The notes below the pieces were generated by a model that ran no database searches, was not told the DNA's origin, and saw only the letters and a program-made list of their open reading frames with translations. Below are positions 1 to 8,202 of a stretch of DNA of 52,702 nucleotides, one piece after another (positions within the stretch are counted from its first letter, which is position 1; the number at the start of each line of letters is the position of its first letter). The stretch lies in NCBI GenBank assembly GCA_031404235.1, contig JANNHF010000059.1:1-52702 (forward strand), written 5' to 3'. Source of the stretch: Chloroflexota bacterium. Lineage in GTDB: Bacteria > Chloroflexota > Limnocylindria > P2-11E. The position numbers were made by a program, and so were the translations under genes.

Positions 1-1303
1 CACGCGGTAGCAGGCCGAGCAGGATGCGGAGCAGTGTCGTCTTGCCCGCGCCGACGCGCCCGGTGACAACGGTGAACGTCCCGCGTCGTAGCGTGATGGA
101 CACGTTCTCGATGCCGGGGCCGCGCTCGGCGCCGTTCGGCCCGCGCCCGAAGTGATACGACAGGCCGACCGCGTTGAGGCGCTGCAGCTTGTCGACGGCG
201 CGATCGCGGGCGCGTTCGCGGGCGCCTTCGCCGGTCGGGCGCGGCGGGGGAGTCGCGCCCGCCGGCCTCTCGCCCGGTAGCGGTCCGGTCAGGTCGAGGG
301 GCGTGTTGTCGACGAGCTCCGCAGCCGGCACGTTGGTCGCGCCGCCGCGCATGAGCGCCAGCATGCGACCCACCGATACGCCGAGCTGCTTGTACTGCGT
401 GAGGAACAGTCCGATGAAACCGCTGAACTCGGTTACGAAGCCCAGATACGAGACGAAGAGGGCGAAGTCGCCCACGGTGAACGTGCCCTCCCGCATCGCC
501 CGCGCCCCGAGCAGGAGGATCATCCCGGTCCCGAGGTAGACCGTGTTCCAGTAGACCGAGCCGGTCAGCAGTGAGAACGCGCGCTCGCGGAGCACGGTCT
601 TCCGGCGCGAGTCGCTCAAGCGCCGGAAATGCTCGACCACGCCCTGCTCGGCGCGCGCGATCTGCACCGCCTGCACCGCGCCGAAGATCTCGCCGAGCGC
701 GCCGGTCACTCGGCTCGTCGCGATCTGGCTGGCGGCACGTGACTGCTGCAGCCGCCGCGTCACGATCTGCGCGACGGCGATGATCGCGATGAGCGGCACG
801 AACACGAAGATCGTGATCGTCGCATTCACGCTCACGAGGATCGCCATCGCCAACGCCGCGAAGACCGAGAGGCTGATCATGTCGACGGTCCAGTCGCTGC
901 CGTCCTCGGCGTGCTCGACGTCGTCGCGGAACACGCTGAGCGCCTCGCCGGGCGAGCGGTCGAGCGCCCGCGCACCCGGGCGCCGCAGGATCTCGGCGAG
1001 CATGTTCCGCTGCAGCACCGCGCTCACGCTGAAGCGGAAGAACACGTCCACCGTCATCCCGGCGGTGCTCGCCACCGCCCCCGCGATGCCGGTGCCGACG
1101 AACGCGGCCGAGATCCAGGCGATGGTCGGCGGGTCGGCGGTCCCCCGCTGTAGTGCGTCGAAAGCTTGCTGAGCGACGAGCCCGGGCAGCAGCCGCGCGC
1201 AGTACACGGCCGTCCAGAGGAGGTTGTCGGCGATATAGATCCACGGCCGGAACGTCACCATGTGCCATAGGAAGCGGCCGGTGCCGAGCTCCTGTGACGT
1301 CAT
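1..1303 (-). CDS. ABC transporter ATP-binding protein/permease (exporter half-transporter), C-terminus cut by window edge
   Basis: Minus-strand translation from the ATG at 1303 gives a multi-TM domain and then RRGTFTVVTGRVGAGKTTLLRILLGLLPR (Walker A, approx 1-88). There is an ATGA overlap with the stop of the upstream ABC gene at 1300-1303. It is absent from the ORF track because there is no stop codon inside the window. Confidence 0.85.
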   Translation of the reverse strand, partial: MTSQELGTGRFLWHMVTFRPWIYIADNLLWTAVYCARLLPGLVAQQAFDALQRGTADPPTIAWISAAFVGTGIAGAVASTAGMTVDVFFRFSVSAVLQRNMLAEILRRPGARALDRSPGEALSVFRDDVEHAEDGSDWTVDMISLSVFAALAMAILVSVNATITIFVFVPLIAIIAVAQIVTRRLQQSRAASQIATSRVTGALGEIFGAVQAVQIARAEQGVVEHFRRLSDSRRKTVLRERAFSLLTGSVYWNTVYLGTGMILLLGARAMREGTFTVGDFALFVSYLGFVTEFSGFIGLFLTQYKQLGVSVGRMLALMRGGATNVPAAELVDNTPLDLTGPLPGERPAGATPPPRPTGEGARERARDRAVDKLQRLNAVGLSYHFGRGPNGAERGPGIENVSITLRRGTFTVVTGRVGAGKTTLLRILLGLLPR

Positions 1304-3069
1304 ACGAGCACCTGCTCGAGCCCGGTCCGGAGCAGCTCGGCGAAGCGCGACGACGGGTCCTGCGCGAGCTCGGCGCGCCGTCCCTGCTCGACGATGCGGC
1401 CCTCCTCGAGGATGAGGATCCGGTCGCAGCGCTGCACGGTCGCGAGCCGGTGGGCGATGACGACGCCGGTGCGATCGGCGAGCAGCGCGTCGATCGCGCG
1501 CTCGATGTGCCGCTCCGTCGCGGGGTCGAGGCGCGACGAGGCCTCGTCGAGGATGACGAGACCCACGTCGCGCAGGAAAACGCGGGCGAAGGCAAGGAGC
1601 TGCGCTTCGCCGGCGGAGAGCCCGCCGGCCAGCATCTCCGTGTCGAGGCCGTCGCGACCGCTGGTCCGCGGCAGCGCTCGCAGCCAGCCGCCGAGACCGA
1701 TGCGCTCGAGCACCGCGGTGATGCGCTCGTCGTCGATCGTCGGGTCGAAGAAGGTGACGTTCTCGCGCACGTTCGCGTGGAAGAGCTGCACGTCCTGGCT
1801 CACCAGCGTCGCACGGGTGCGCACGTCGTCCAGCTTCGCGTCGCGCAGATCGACGCCGCCGAGGCGGACCACGCCGGCCGTCGGGTCGTAGAAGCGGAGC
1901 AGGAGACGCGCGAGCGTCGTCTTGCCGCTGCCGGTGCGCCCAAGGACGCCCAGCACCTCGCCCGGCGCGAGCCGCACCGACACGTCGCGCAGCACGAGGT
2001 CGTCGCGTTCCGTCCCCGACGACTCGTAGGCGAACGAGACCGCGTCGAGCTCCACCGCGAGCGCCCCCGTGGGGATCGGCGCCCCGCGGCCCTCCGGTAG
2101 ACGCGACTCGGTACGCAGCAGCTCGGTGACGCGCCCGACGCTCGCGACGGCGCGCTGCATATCCTCGAGCTCGCGCCGCAGCTGCTCGATCGGTCGGCGG
2201 AGCATCTCGGTGTAGTGGAAGAGCAGGTAGACCGTCCCGAGCGTGATCACGCCGAGGCTCCAGAGATACGCGCCCACACCGAACGCGACCGCGTTGCCGG
2301 CGGCGAAGATGACGATGGTCATCGACCAGAGGATCGTGCCCGCGTAGACGGCTTGGCGGCGCGCCGCGAGCCAGGCCCGGTGGTGGAGTGCGAGCCCGTT
2401 CATGACGTGCGTCTCCGCTCCACTGGAGCGGATGTCCTCGGTGCCGGCGAGGCGTTCGCCGAGGAACCCGAACATCTGCGCCGAGACCTCGCGCACCCGC
2501 CCCCAGTACTTCACCGCGAAGGTGCGCAGCGGTCCGGCCATGAGGAACACCGCGGCCACCGCGAACAGCGTCAGCGCCAGTCCCGCGCGCAGATCCTCGC
2601 GTGCCACGACGACGAGGACGCCGAGGAGCAGGAGAAGATTGCCGAGCACGTTCACGACGAACCGCGAGAAGAACGTGGCGAGGGCGGTCACGTCGCCGTC
2701 GATCCGCTCGATGAGCTCGCCCGCGGTGCGCGCCTTGTGGAACGTTAGATCCAATCGCAGGCAGTGCAGCGCGAGATCGGCGCGCAGAGCGTTCGTCGCC
2801 GTCCAGCCGAGGTCCTCGCCGACGTACTGCGACCACGCCCTCAGGAGCTGCGTCACCAGGGCAACTCCGACGAACGCCAGCGCGACCTGCGCGAGCGTGT
2901 CGAGCGCCGCGCCACCGATCGCGCCGTCGATGAACGACCGCAGCAGCTGCGGGCCCACGAGCTCCAGGCCGATGCTCGCGAGGATCAGGACGCCGAGCAG
3001 CGCGGTCCGCCGCCACTGCGGAACGACGTAGCGGCGGAACAGCTCGACGTACGGGTTGTTCGAGCGCAT
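1300..3069 (-). CDS. ABC transporter ATP-binding protein/permease (exporter half-transporter)
   Basis: It has a six-TM-like N-terminal half, Walker A GRTGSGKTTL, signature LSAGEAQ and Walker B LVILDEASS. I chose the start at the internal Met (MRSNNPYVELFRRY) instead of the Arg-rich extension to 3147. Confidence 0.9.
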   Translation of the reverse strand: MRSNNPYVELFRRYVVPQWRRTALLGVLILASIGLELVGPQLLRSFIDGAIGGAALDTLAQVALAFVGVALVTQLLRAWSQYVGEDLGWTATNALRADLALHCLRLDLTFHKARTAGELIERIDGDVTALATFFSRFVVNVLGNLLLLLGVLVVVAREDLRAGLALTLFAVAAVFLMAGPLRTFAVKYWGRVREVSAQMFGFLGERLAGTEDIRSSGAETHVMNGLALHHRAWLAARRQAVYAGTILWSMTIVIFAAGNAVAFGVGAYLWSLGVITLGTVYLLFHYTEMLRRPIEQLRRELEDMQRAVASVGRVTELLRTESRLPEGRGAPIPTGALAVELDAVSFAYESSGTERDDLVLRDVSVRLAPGEVLGVLGRTGSGKTTLARLLLRFYDPTAGVVRLGGVDLRDAKLDDVRTRATLVSQDVQLFHANVRENVTFFDPTIDDERITAVLERIGLGGWLRALPRTSGRDGLDTEMLAGGLSAGEAQLLAFARVFLRDVGLVILDEASSRLDPATERHIERAIDALLADRTGVVIAHRLATVQRCDRILILEEGRIVEQGRRAELAQDPSSRFAELLRTGLEQVLV

Positions 3070-3145
3070 CTTCGGGAGTCTCTCACGGGATCGGCGCTGC
3101 GCAGGCCGAGTGCGACGTACGCTACGGAACGTGACCGACAGCATC

Positions 3146-3733
3146 ATGGAGGACTACCGCCCGCGGATGCCGCGCGTCGTGACCGCGATCATCGTTGGCG
3201 CGATCGCCCTCGCGTCGCTCGCCGCGCTGCTCTGGCCGTCGCTCCCGATCAATCAGCTCGCGACCGGGCCGACGCAGGTCGGCGTCATCCGCCGGCAGAT
3301 CGACGGGCCGAACATGGCCGGGCGCGTCGGCGCGCTCGCGCCGGACTTCGAGTGGAACGCGCCCGACGGCTCGACGCGCACGCTCGCGAGCCTGCGCGGC
3401 AAGGTCGTCGTCATGAACTTCTGGGCCACCTGGTGCAAGCCCTGCCTCACCGAGATGCCGCTGCTCAACAGCGTCGCGCGCGGCAGCGATGCGGTGTTCC
3501 TGGCCATCGACCTGCAGGAGGACGGCGCGAAAGCACGCTCGTTCTTCGACCAGCTCGCGCTCGACCGTCTCGAGCCGATCCTCGACCTCGACGGCCAGAC
3601 GACGCGCCGCTACGGCGTCGTCGGCCTTCCGGTCACGTTCTTCATCGACATGCAGGGCGTGATCCGGCATGTCGAGCTCGGCGAGATCACCGATGCCAAC
3701 GCGGTCCGCGAGGGGATCGCGAAGGCTCGCTAG
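3146..3733 (+). CDS. TlpA/ResA-family thiol-disulfide oxidoreductase (thioredoxin fold), membrane anchored
   Basis: It has the WATWCKPC active-site motif, an N-terminal TM helix (VVTAIIVGAIALASLAALLW) and a redoxin-like GLPVTFFID segment. The start is at the ATG at 3146, downstream of the ORF-track start. Confidence 0.8.
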   Translation: MEDYRPRMPRVVTAIIVGAIALASLAALLWPSLPINQLATGPTQVGVIRRQIDGPNMAGRVGALAPDFEWNAPDGSTRTLASLRGKVVVMNFWATWCKPCLTEMPLLNSVARGSDAVFLAIDLQEDGAKARSFFDQLALDRLEPILDLDGQTTRRYGVVGLPVTFFIDMQGVIRHVELGEITDANAVREGIAKAR

Positions 3734-3791
3734 CGACCGGCGTGACGCAGGTCCAGAATCGTCAACAGCATCAAAGAGGGGGAGGACTTAC

Positions 3792-4184
3792 ATGGCGACC
3801 GAATTCATCGTGAAGCTCAAGGACCGTCCCGGCTCGCTCGCGGCCGCGGCGCAGGCGCTCGCGGATGGTGGCGTGAATCTCTGGGGCACCGCTGGCATGA
3901 CCGGCGGCGGCAAGGGGACCGTCGGCTTCGTCGTGAAGGACAAGGACGCGGCGAAGGCGCGCCGCGCGCTGAAGAAGGCAGGACTCCGCGCGACGGAGCG
4001 CAAGGCGATCGAAGTGCGCCTCGCGGACAAGCCGGGAGCCCTTGCGAAGGTAGCGGCGCGGCTCGCCAAGGCCAAGGTGAACATCGCATCCGAGTATGTG
4101 CTCGCGCCGGGTCGCGGAAATGTCACGCTCGCGTTCGGCGTGAAGGATGCGCGCAAAGCGGAGAGGGCGCTCGGCCGGCGTTAG
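3792..4184 (+). CDS. ACT domain-containing protein (two tandem ACT-like repeats)
   Basis: The motif 'L.D.PG.LA..A..LA...VN' occurs twice (KDRPGSLAAAAQALADGGVNL and ADKPGALAKVAARLAKAKVNI). A GGGGGAGGA Shine-Dalgarno sequence lies just upstream of the ATG at 3792. Confidence 0.7.
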   Translation: MATEFIVKLKDRPGSLAAAAQALADGGVNLWGTAGMTGGGKGTVGFVVKDKDAAKARRALKKAGLRATERKAIEVRLADKPGALAKVAARLAKAKVNIASEYVLAPGRGNVTLAFGVKDARKAERALGRR

Positions 4185-4236
4185 TACCGGCGTACCGGTC
4201 CGGCGCGCCATCGCGCACGAGCTGAGCTGACGCGAA

Positions 4237-4261
4237 CCTCCTGACGACAGACGTCAGGAGG
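4237..4261 (+). promoter_or_regulatory. Perfect 10-bp stem / 5-nt loop hairpin whose 3' arm contains the flp Shine-Dalgarno AGGAGG
   Basis: The sequence is CCTCCTGACG-ACAGA-CGTCAGGAGG. AGGAGG lies at 4256-4261, 6 nt before the flp ATG at 4268. Confidence 0.45.
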
Positions 4262-4267
4262 TCTCCC

Positions 4268-4438
4268 ATGCGATTCCTGCGCCGCTTTTCAATGGACGCT
4301 GGTGGTCTGGCCACGATCGAATACGTCATCGGGGCCGCCGTGGTCCTGGGGACGCTGGTCATCGGCGTGTCTGCGTGGAACAACGGTCTCGTCACCCGAC
4401 TTCAGGCGCTCGTCACGCAGCTGCAAACCGTCCGATGA
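4268..4438 (+). CDS. flp: Flp family type IVb/c prepilin (56 aa)
   Basis: The product is MRFLRRFSMDAGGLATIEYVIGAAVVLGTLVIGVSAWNNGLVTRLQALVTQLQTVR. It has the Flp motif G/xxTIEY followed by a hydrophobic helix, an SD sequence 6 nt upstream, and a stop that overlaps the ATG of the next gene. It is too short for the supplied ORF track. Confidence 0.8.
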   Translation: MRFLRRFSMDAGGLATIEYVIGAAVVLGTLVIGVSAWNNGLVTRLQALVTQLQTVR

Positions 4439-4830
4439 GGCTCTGGGGCAACGATGAAGGTGGCATGGCCGCGGTCGAAACGACGCTCATGGTGGTCATC
4501 CTCGTACCGCTGCTGTTTTCGATCCTCGAGTTCGGCTGGCTGACGCAGCGCTGGCTCGCGCAAGATGGCGTCGCGCTTCAGGCGGCGCGCTACGCCGGCG
4601 AACTGGGAGGCGATCGGCCCGAGCTTCGTTCCTACGTCCAGGAGCAGCTGCGGCTAGTGGGCATCGAGCCGTCCCGCGTGGTCATGGAGGTCCAGCCTCC
4701 GTCGGTCTCATGGAGAGAGCCGGTACGCGTATCGCTGCGCACCGAGGAGCGGATCGCCGTGCCGTTCGTATTCGCGACGACCCTAACTGTTCGGTCGACA
4801 GCGGTCGCGCGCGGTGAGGTCGCCCGGTGA
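4435..4830 (+). CDS. tadE: TadE-like pseudopilin / pilus assembly protein
   Basis: The N-terminus GGMAAVETTLMVVILVPLLFSILEFG matches the TadE-like signature. The ATG at 4435 overlaps the flp stop (ATGA). Confidence 0.75.
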   Translation: MRLWGNDEGGMAAVETTLMVVILVPLLFSILEFGWLTQRWLAQDGVALQAARYAGELGGDRPELRSYVQEQLRLVGIEPSRVVMEVQPPSVSWREPVRVSLRTEERIAVPFVFATTLTVRSTAVARGEVAR

Positions 4831-5306
4831 TGCGCGGCGACGGGGGTACCGCCGCGGTGACCACGATCGTGTTGCTGCCACTGCTGATGATCGTCCTTGT
4901 CGGCGTCCTCGAGGTCGGCGCGGTGCGCGCGGTCGCATATCGGGCTGGCGCGGCCGCCGACCTCGCGACGATCGTTGCCGCCGGCGACCAGGACCAGAGC
5001 GAATTGGCGCGGACTGGCAGCCTGCGGCTGAGTTCGGACGCGGCGGAAACCGCGCGCGACTACTTCGCGCGCAACCTGGCCGCGACCGCGCCCGCTCTTG
5101 CGATCAGCGCAGATGCGATCGCCGCGTCGGCGGACATCGTGAGCTTCCCGACCGCGCCGAGCGTCGATCCCCGGACAGGGATGCGCTACGACCGGCCGAC
5201 GGTCCGCCTGATCGCCTCGGTGCCGGTGAGAACGCCGGGCTTCGCTCTCTTCTTCATGCCTGCGGTCACGACACTCACGATCCGCTCTACGAGCTCCCCC
5301 CGATGA
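4827..5306 (+). CDS. TadE/TadF-like pseudopilin
   Basis: The N-terminus GGTAAVTTIVLLPLLMIVLVGVLEVGAV is TadE-like. GTG 4827 or ATG 4830 overlaps the preceding stop. Confidence 0.6.
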   Translation: MMRGDGGTAAVTTIVLLPLLMIVLVGVLEVGAVRAVAYRAGAAADLATIVAAGDQDQSELARTGSLRLSSDAAETARDYFARNLAATAPALAISADAIAASADIVSFPTAPSVDPRTGMRYDRPTVRLIASVPVRTPGFALFFMPAVTTLTIRSTSSPR

Positions 5307-6223
5307 GAGTGCGCGCACTGATGCTCATTGCGGCCCTCACGTTCGTCTCAAGCGCATACGCCAACGCGCGCGACCCGTTCGAGAACGAACCGCCCCCGCC
5401 CCCGACGCCGGCCGCGCCATCACCCGATCAAGTCGCGTTCGTGGTGCCCGAGGGCGTGCACTACGTCACAGACACTTACGTGCGGGACGTGGTCGTCACG
5501 ACCGACGCCACAACGACGTATTCGACGACGACAGTGCACGAATCGACCGGCACGTACGCGCGTGTGATCGACACGGTCAGCACAGGCGCGACGAGCGCGT
5601 TCGACGGGATGGCGTTCAACGGGCGCGGCTCGCTGACGGATGGTCGTTCTTTGGGCGGGACGTATTACGAGAACTTCGTGCTTACAGCGAGCGGCTACGT
5701 CCCAGTGAGCATCGTCTTCTTCCAGGACGATTCGGAGACCCGCCGATCGGCGACCGTGTCGTCTCCATCGCCCGCGCCGACCGCGTCGGTTGCGCCCACT
5801 GCGCCTGTGACCTTCGGGTCCACTTCGCCGAAGGGCGTTACCGCGCCAACGCCGTCACCGCGGCCGCAGCCCTCGATGGTCCCGGCCCGTCCGACTTTGC
5901 GGGCCGGGATCGCGCTCGCGTCGGATGGTCCGACGCTGGGGTCGGCCGAGGTACTTCGAGGACGGTTGATCCACTTCTGGCCCCGCGTCTTCGCGAACGA
6001 CGTCGCGGTGCCGATCAGATCCTGGCGCCTTGTGTCCGCGCTGCCAGATCGCGTCTCCGCGATCTCCGGCGGCAACGAACCGCTGGCCGCCCAGTGGGTC
6101 CAGATGCCGGTCGCCGGCGCGCGGCGGTGGCTGCACTTCGAGATCTTCACCGAACTTGCACCGTTGGAGCGACTTGAGGCCCAGATCGCGATCACGGTGC
6201 GATCGCCCGCGCTCGTCGATTGA
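5303..6223 (+). CDS. Hypothetical secreted Pro/Thr-rich protein encoded inside the tad operon
   Basis: The ATG at 5303 overlaps the preceding stop (ATGA). The signal-peptide-like N-terminus is MRVRALMLIAALTFVSSAYANA, followed by a PPPPPTPAAPSP linker, a Thr-rich middle and a second Pro-rich linker. I recognised no family motif. Confidence 0.6.
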   Translation: MRVRALMLIAALTFVSSAYANARDPFENEPPPPPTPAAPSPDQVAFVVPEGVHYVTDTYVRDVVVTTDATTTYSTTTVHESTGTYARVIDTVSTGATSAFDGMAFNGRGSLTDGRSLGGTYYENFVLTASGYVPVSIVFFQDDSETRRSATVSSPSPAPTASVAPTAPVTFGSTSPKGVTAPTPSPRPQPSMVPARPTLRAGIALASDGPTLGSAEVLRGRLIHFWPRVFANDVAVPIRSWRLVSALPDRVSAISGGNEPLAAQWVQMPVAGARRWLHFEIFTELAPLERLEAQIAITVRSPALVD

Positions 6224-6864
6224 TCGCCCGCAGGTCGCTCCTCGCCCTCGCCCTGATAGCGGGCTTCGTTGCGGGAGCCGTGTACTTCGTCGGCGCTCAG
6301 CGCGTCGCGATGGTCGTCGCGGCTCGCGACGTCGCGGCGATCCGCCCGCTGACAGCGCAAGACCTGGATGTGCGGTCCGTACCACCGGACGTGTTGCCGC
6401 CTGGCGCACTGTCACGCCTCGAGGACGCGATCGGGCGTTTCCCGATGACGCCTCTATGGCAAGGACAGCCGCTCGTCGCCCAGGCGCTAGCGGACGATGC
6501 CGCGGTCTTCCATACAGGTCTCACGCTGCGGCCTGGCGAGCGTGCGATCGCGATACCCGTCGCCGCGGTCGGCGCGGTCGGCGGTGCCATCTCACCTGGT
6601 GCGCGCGTCGACGTGCTCGCGGTGCCGCTCATCGGTCGCGCGCCAGCTGGTCGGACCGTTGAGTTGCTCGCCGCCGACGCGCTCGTGCTGGACGTGAGGG
6701 CGGAATCGGGTGCACCGTACGTGCCGCGTTCACAGGATGGCGCTCCCGCCTTCGACCGCGTCGGCAGCGTCATCATCGCGATCACACCGGCGGATGAGAT
6801 CCGATTCGCCGACCGCATCGCCACGAGCACGTTCGTGCTCGCGTTCAGTTCGGCGCACCGATGA
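6220..6864 (+). CDS. cpaB: Flp pilus assembly protein CpaB/RcpC (SAF domain)
   Basis: It has an N-terminal TM helix (SLLALALIAGFVAGAVYF). The following segment, VVAARDVAAIRPLTAQDLDVRSVP...RLEDAIGRFPMTPLWQGQPLV, is typical of CpaB. The TTG start overlaps the previous stop (TTGA). Confidence 0.8.
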   Translation: MIARRSLLALALIAGFVAGAVYFVGAQRVAMVVAARDVAAIRPLTAQDLDVRSVPPDVLPPGALSRLEDAIGRFPMTPLWQGQPLVAQALADDAAVFHTGLTLRPGERAIAIPVAAVGAVGGAISPGARVDVLAVPLIGRAPAGRTVELLAADALVLDVRAESGAPYVPRSQDGAPAFDRVGSVIIAITPADEIRFADRIATSTFVLAFSSAHR

Positions 6865-7421
6865 CGACGATGGTTCGGCTTGAAGCCGTGAGGCCGACTG
6901 GGTTCGATGCTGCCCTGGCCCGACTCGGTGGCGGCAGGCTGACGCGCGCCGCGGGCCGAACGTATCTCGAAAGCGATCGCGCGACCGCCAACGCGACCTG
7001 CCACCTTGCGCTCGCGGGCGTCCGCGCGACGCCCAGCGCCAGCATCCCGGCGGCCGCAACGCGCCTCCGACCGGCGATCGCCCTCGATCTCGTGCCGCTC
7101 GACGACGCCATTGACGCGGTCGACGTTCTCGAGCTTCAGCGGATCCCACTAAGCGACACCACCGCTGCGCTGATGCACCGCCGACTGCCTTGGCTGCGCA
7201 GGCCGCGCGCGACCCGCGCGACGTGTCTGCGGCTCTTGCGCGAAGACGACGCGGTCATCGGCTGGCGCCGGATCGTGTGGTGCTCCGTCGCATCGATGCG
7301 TGTGGCCCGCGAGCGCGTCCGGTTGCGCCCAGTGGTGTTCGACCGCGCAGCCGTCGAGCGCCAGCCGCTGCGCTGGGCATATGTCAGCGAAGGCGCCATG
7401 GGACGCTGGGCGTTCGCGTGA
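6861..7421 (+). CDS. Hypothetical Arg-rich protein in tad operon (no recognisable family)
   Basis: ATG 6861 overlaps the cpaB stop (ATGA), and its own stop overlaps the GTG of the cpaE-like gene (GTGA). Coding is supported only by this coupling and by the open frame. Confidence 0.45.
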   Translation: MTTMVRLEAVRPTGFDAALARLGGGRLTRAAGRTYLESDRATANATCHLALAGVRATPSASIPAAATRLRPAIALDLVPLDDAIDAVDVLELQRIPLSDTTAALMHRRLPWLRRPRATRATCLRLLREDDAVIGWRRIVWCSVASMRVARERVRLRPVVFDRAAVERQPLRWAYVSEGAMGRWAFA

Positions 7422-8191
7422 GTCGCATCCGAACCTGGCTCGACGCGAGCCCCATCGCCGATCTCGCGATCGCCTTCATGCGTGAGGCGACCGGCCGCGC
7501 CGACCCGATCGAGCCATTGCGCCCCACGCGTCCCGCGGCGCTGACAGACGGCCGACGAGTTGCGTTCTGGTCGTTGACTGGCGGAGTTGGCGCAAGCTCG
7601 GTCGCGGCTCTGGTGGCACATCGATCCGCCGCTGGTGGGCGCGCGCCACTCCTCGTGGACCTCGACCGCTGGGCACCGTCCCTCGCGCTGCGTGCCCGCC
7701 TCGAGGCCGCGACGATCGCTGACGCCATCGTTCAGCCAGGCCGCGAACGTACCCTTGTGTCGCGCTGGTCCGCCGTGCCGTTCTTGCCCGGCTCGCCGAC
7801 GCTGCGCGGCCGTCTGGACACGGATCGGACCGTCGAGGTCATCGACGTTGTTGCTGGCGGCGCGCCGGTCGTTCTCGACCTCGGTACGGGAGCCGACAGC
7901 CTGGACGCCGGGCTGCTGTCCCGCACCGATCGTCTCTGCGTTGTCGCTGGTGCTCGCGCGTCGCAGCTGCAGGCGTTGTTCTGTGCGATCCCGCTCGTCC
8001 GTGACCTGCCGTGTCCGGTGGGATTGGTGGTCGTTGGCGCGGCCGAACAGGACGCGGCCCTCATCGCGGAGCGTGCGGCGCTCTTGCTGCTCGGTGCGAT
8101 CCCGTCCGATCCCTACCTGGCCGAGGACCAGTTCGCGACACGGGCACCGACCCTGCGCGCGATCGACGCGCTGATCCGCAGGCTCGCCTGA
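7418..8191 (+). CDS. CpaE/TadZ-like ParA/MinD-fold protein with degenerate Walker A
   Basis: The MinD/ParA-like layout runs VAFWSLTGGVGASSVAALVA ... LLVDLD ... VVLDLG ... RLCVV. The P-loop reads TGGVGAS instead of KGGVGKT. I chose the GTG start at 7418 (GTGA overlap) over the Arg-rich extension from 7190. Confidence 0.7.
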   Translation: MSRIRTWLDASPIADLAIAFMREATGRADPIEPLRPTRPAALTDGRRVAFWSLTGGVGASSVAALVAHRSAAGGRAPLLVDLDRWAPSLALRARLEAATIADAIVQPGRERTLVSRWSAVPFLPGSPTLRGRLDTDRTVEVIDVVAGGAPVVLDLGTGADSLDAGLLSRTDRLCVVAGARASQLQALFCAIPLVRDLPCPVGLVVVGAAEQDAALIAERAALLLLGAIPSDPYLAEDQFATRAPTLRAIDALIRRLA

Positions 8192-8202
8192 TCGACGCGT
8201 CC

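Noticed and set aside
8011-8202. ATG at 8011 as the cpaF start.
   Set aside because: It would overlap the cpaE-like gene by 180 nt and add a Gly/Arg/Pro-rich peptide. GTG 8203, just after the upstream stop, gives a normal CpaF length. The start remains uncertain.
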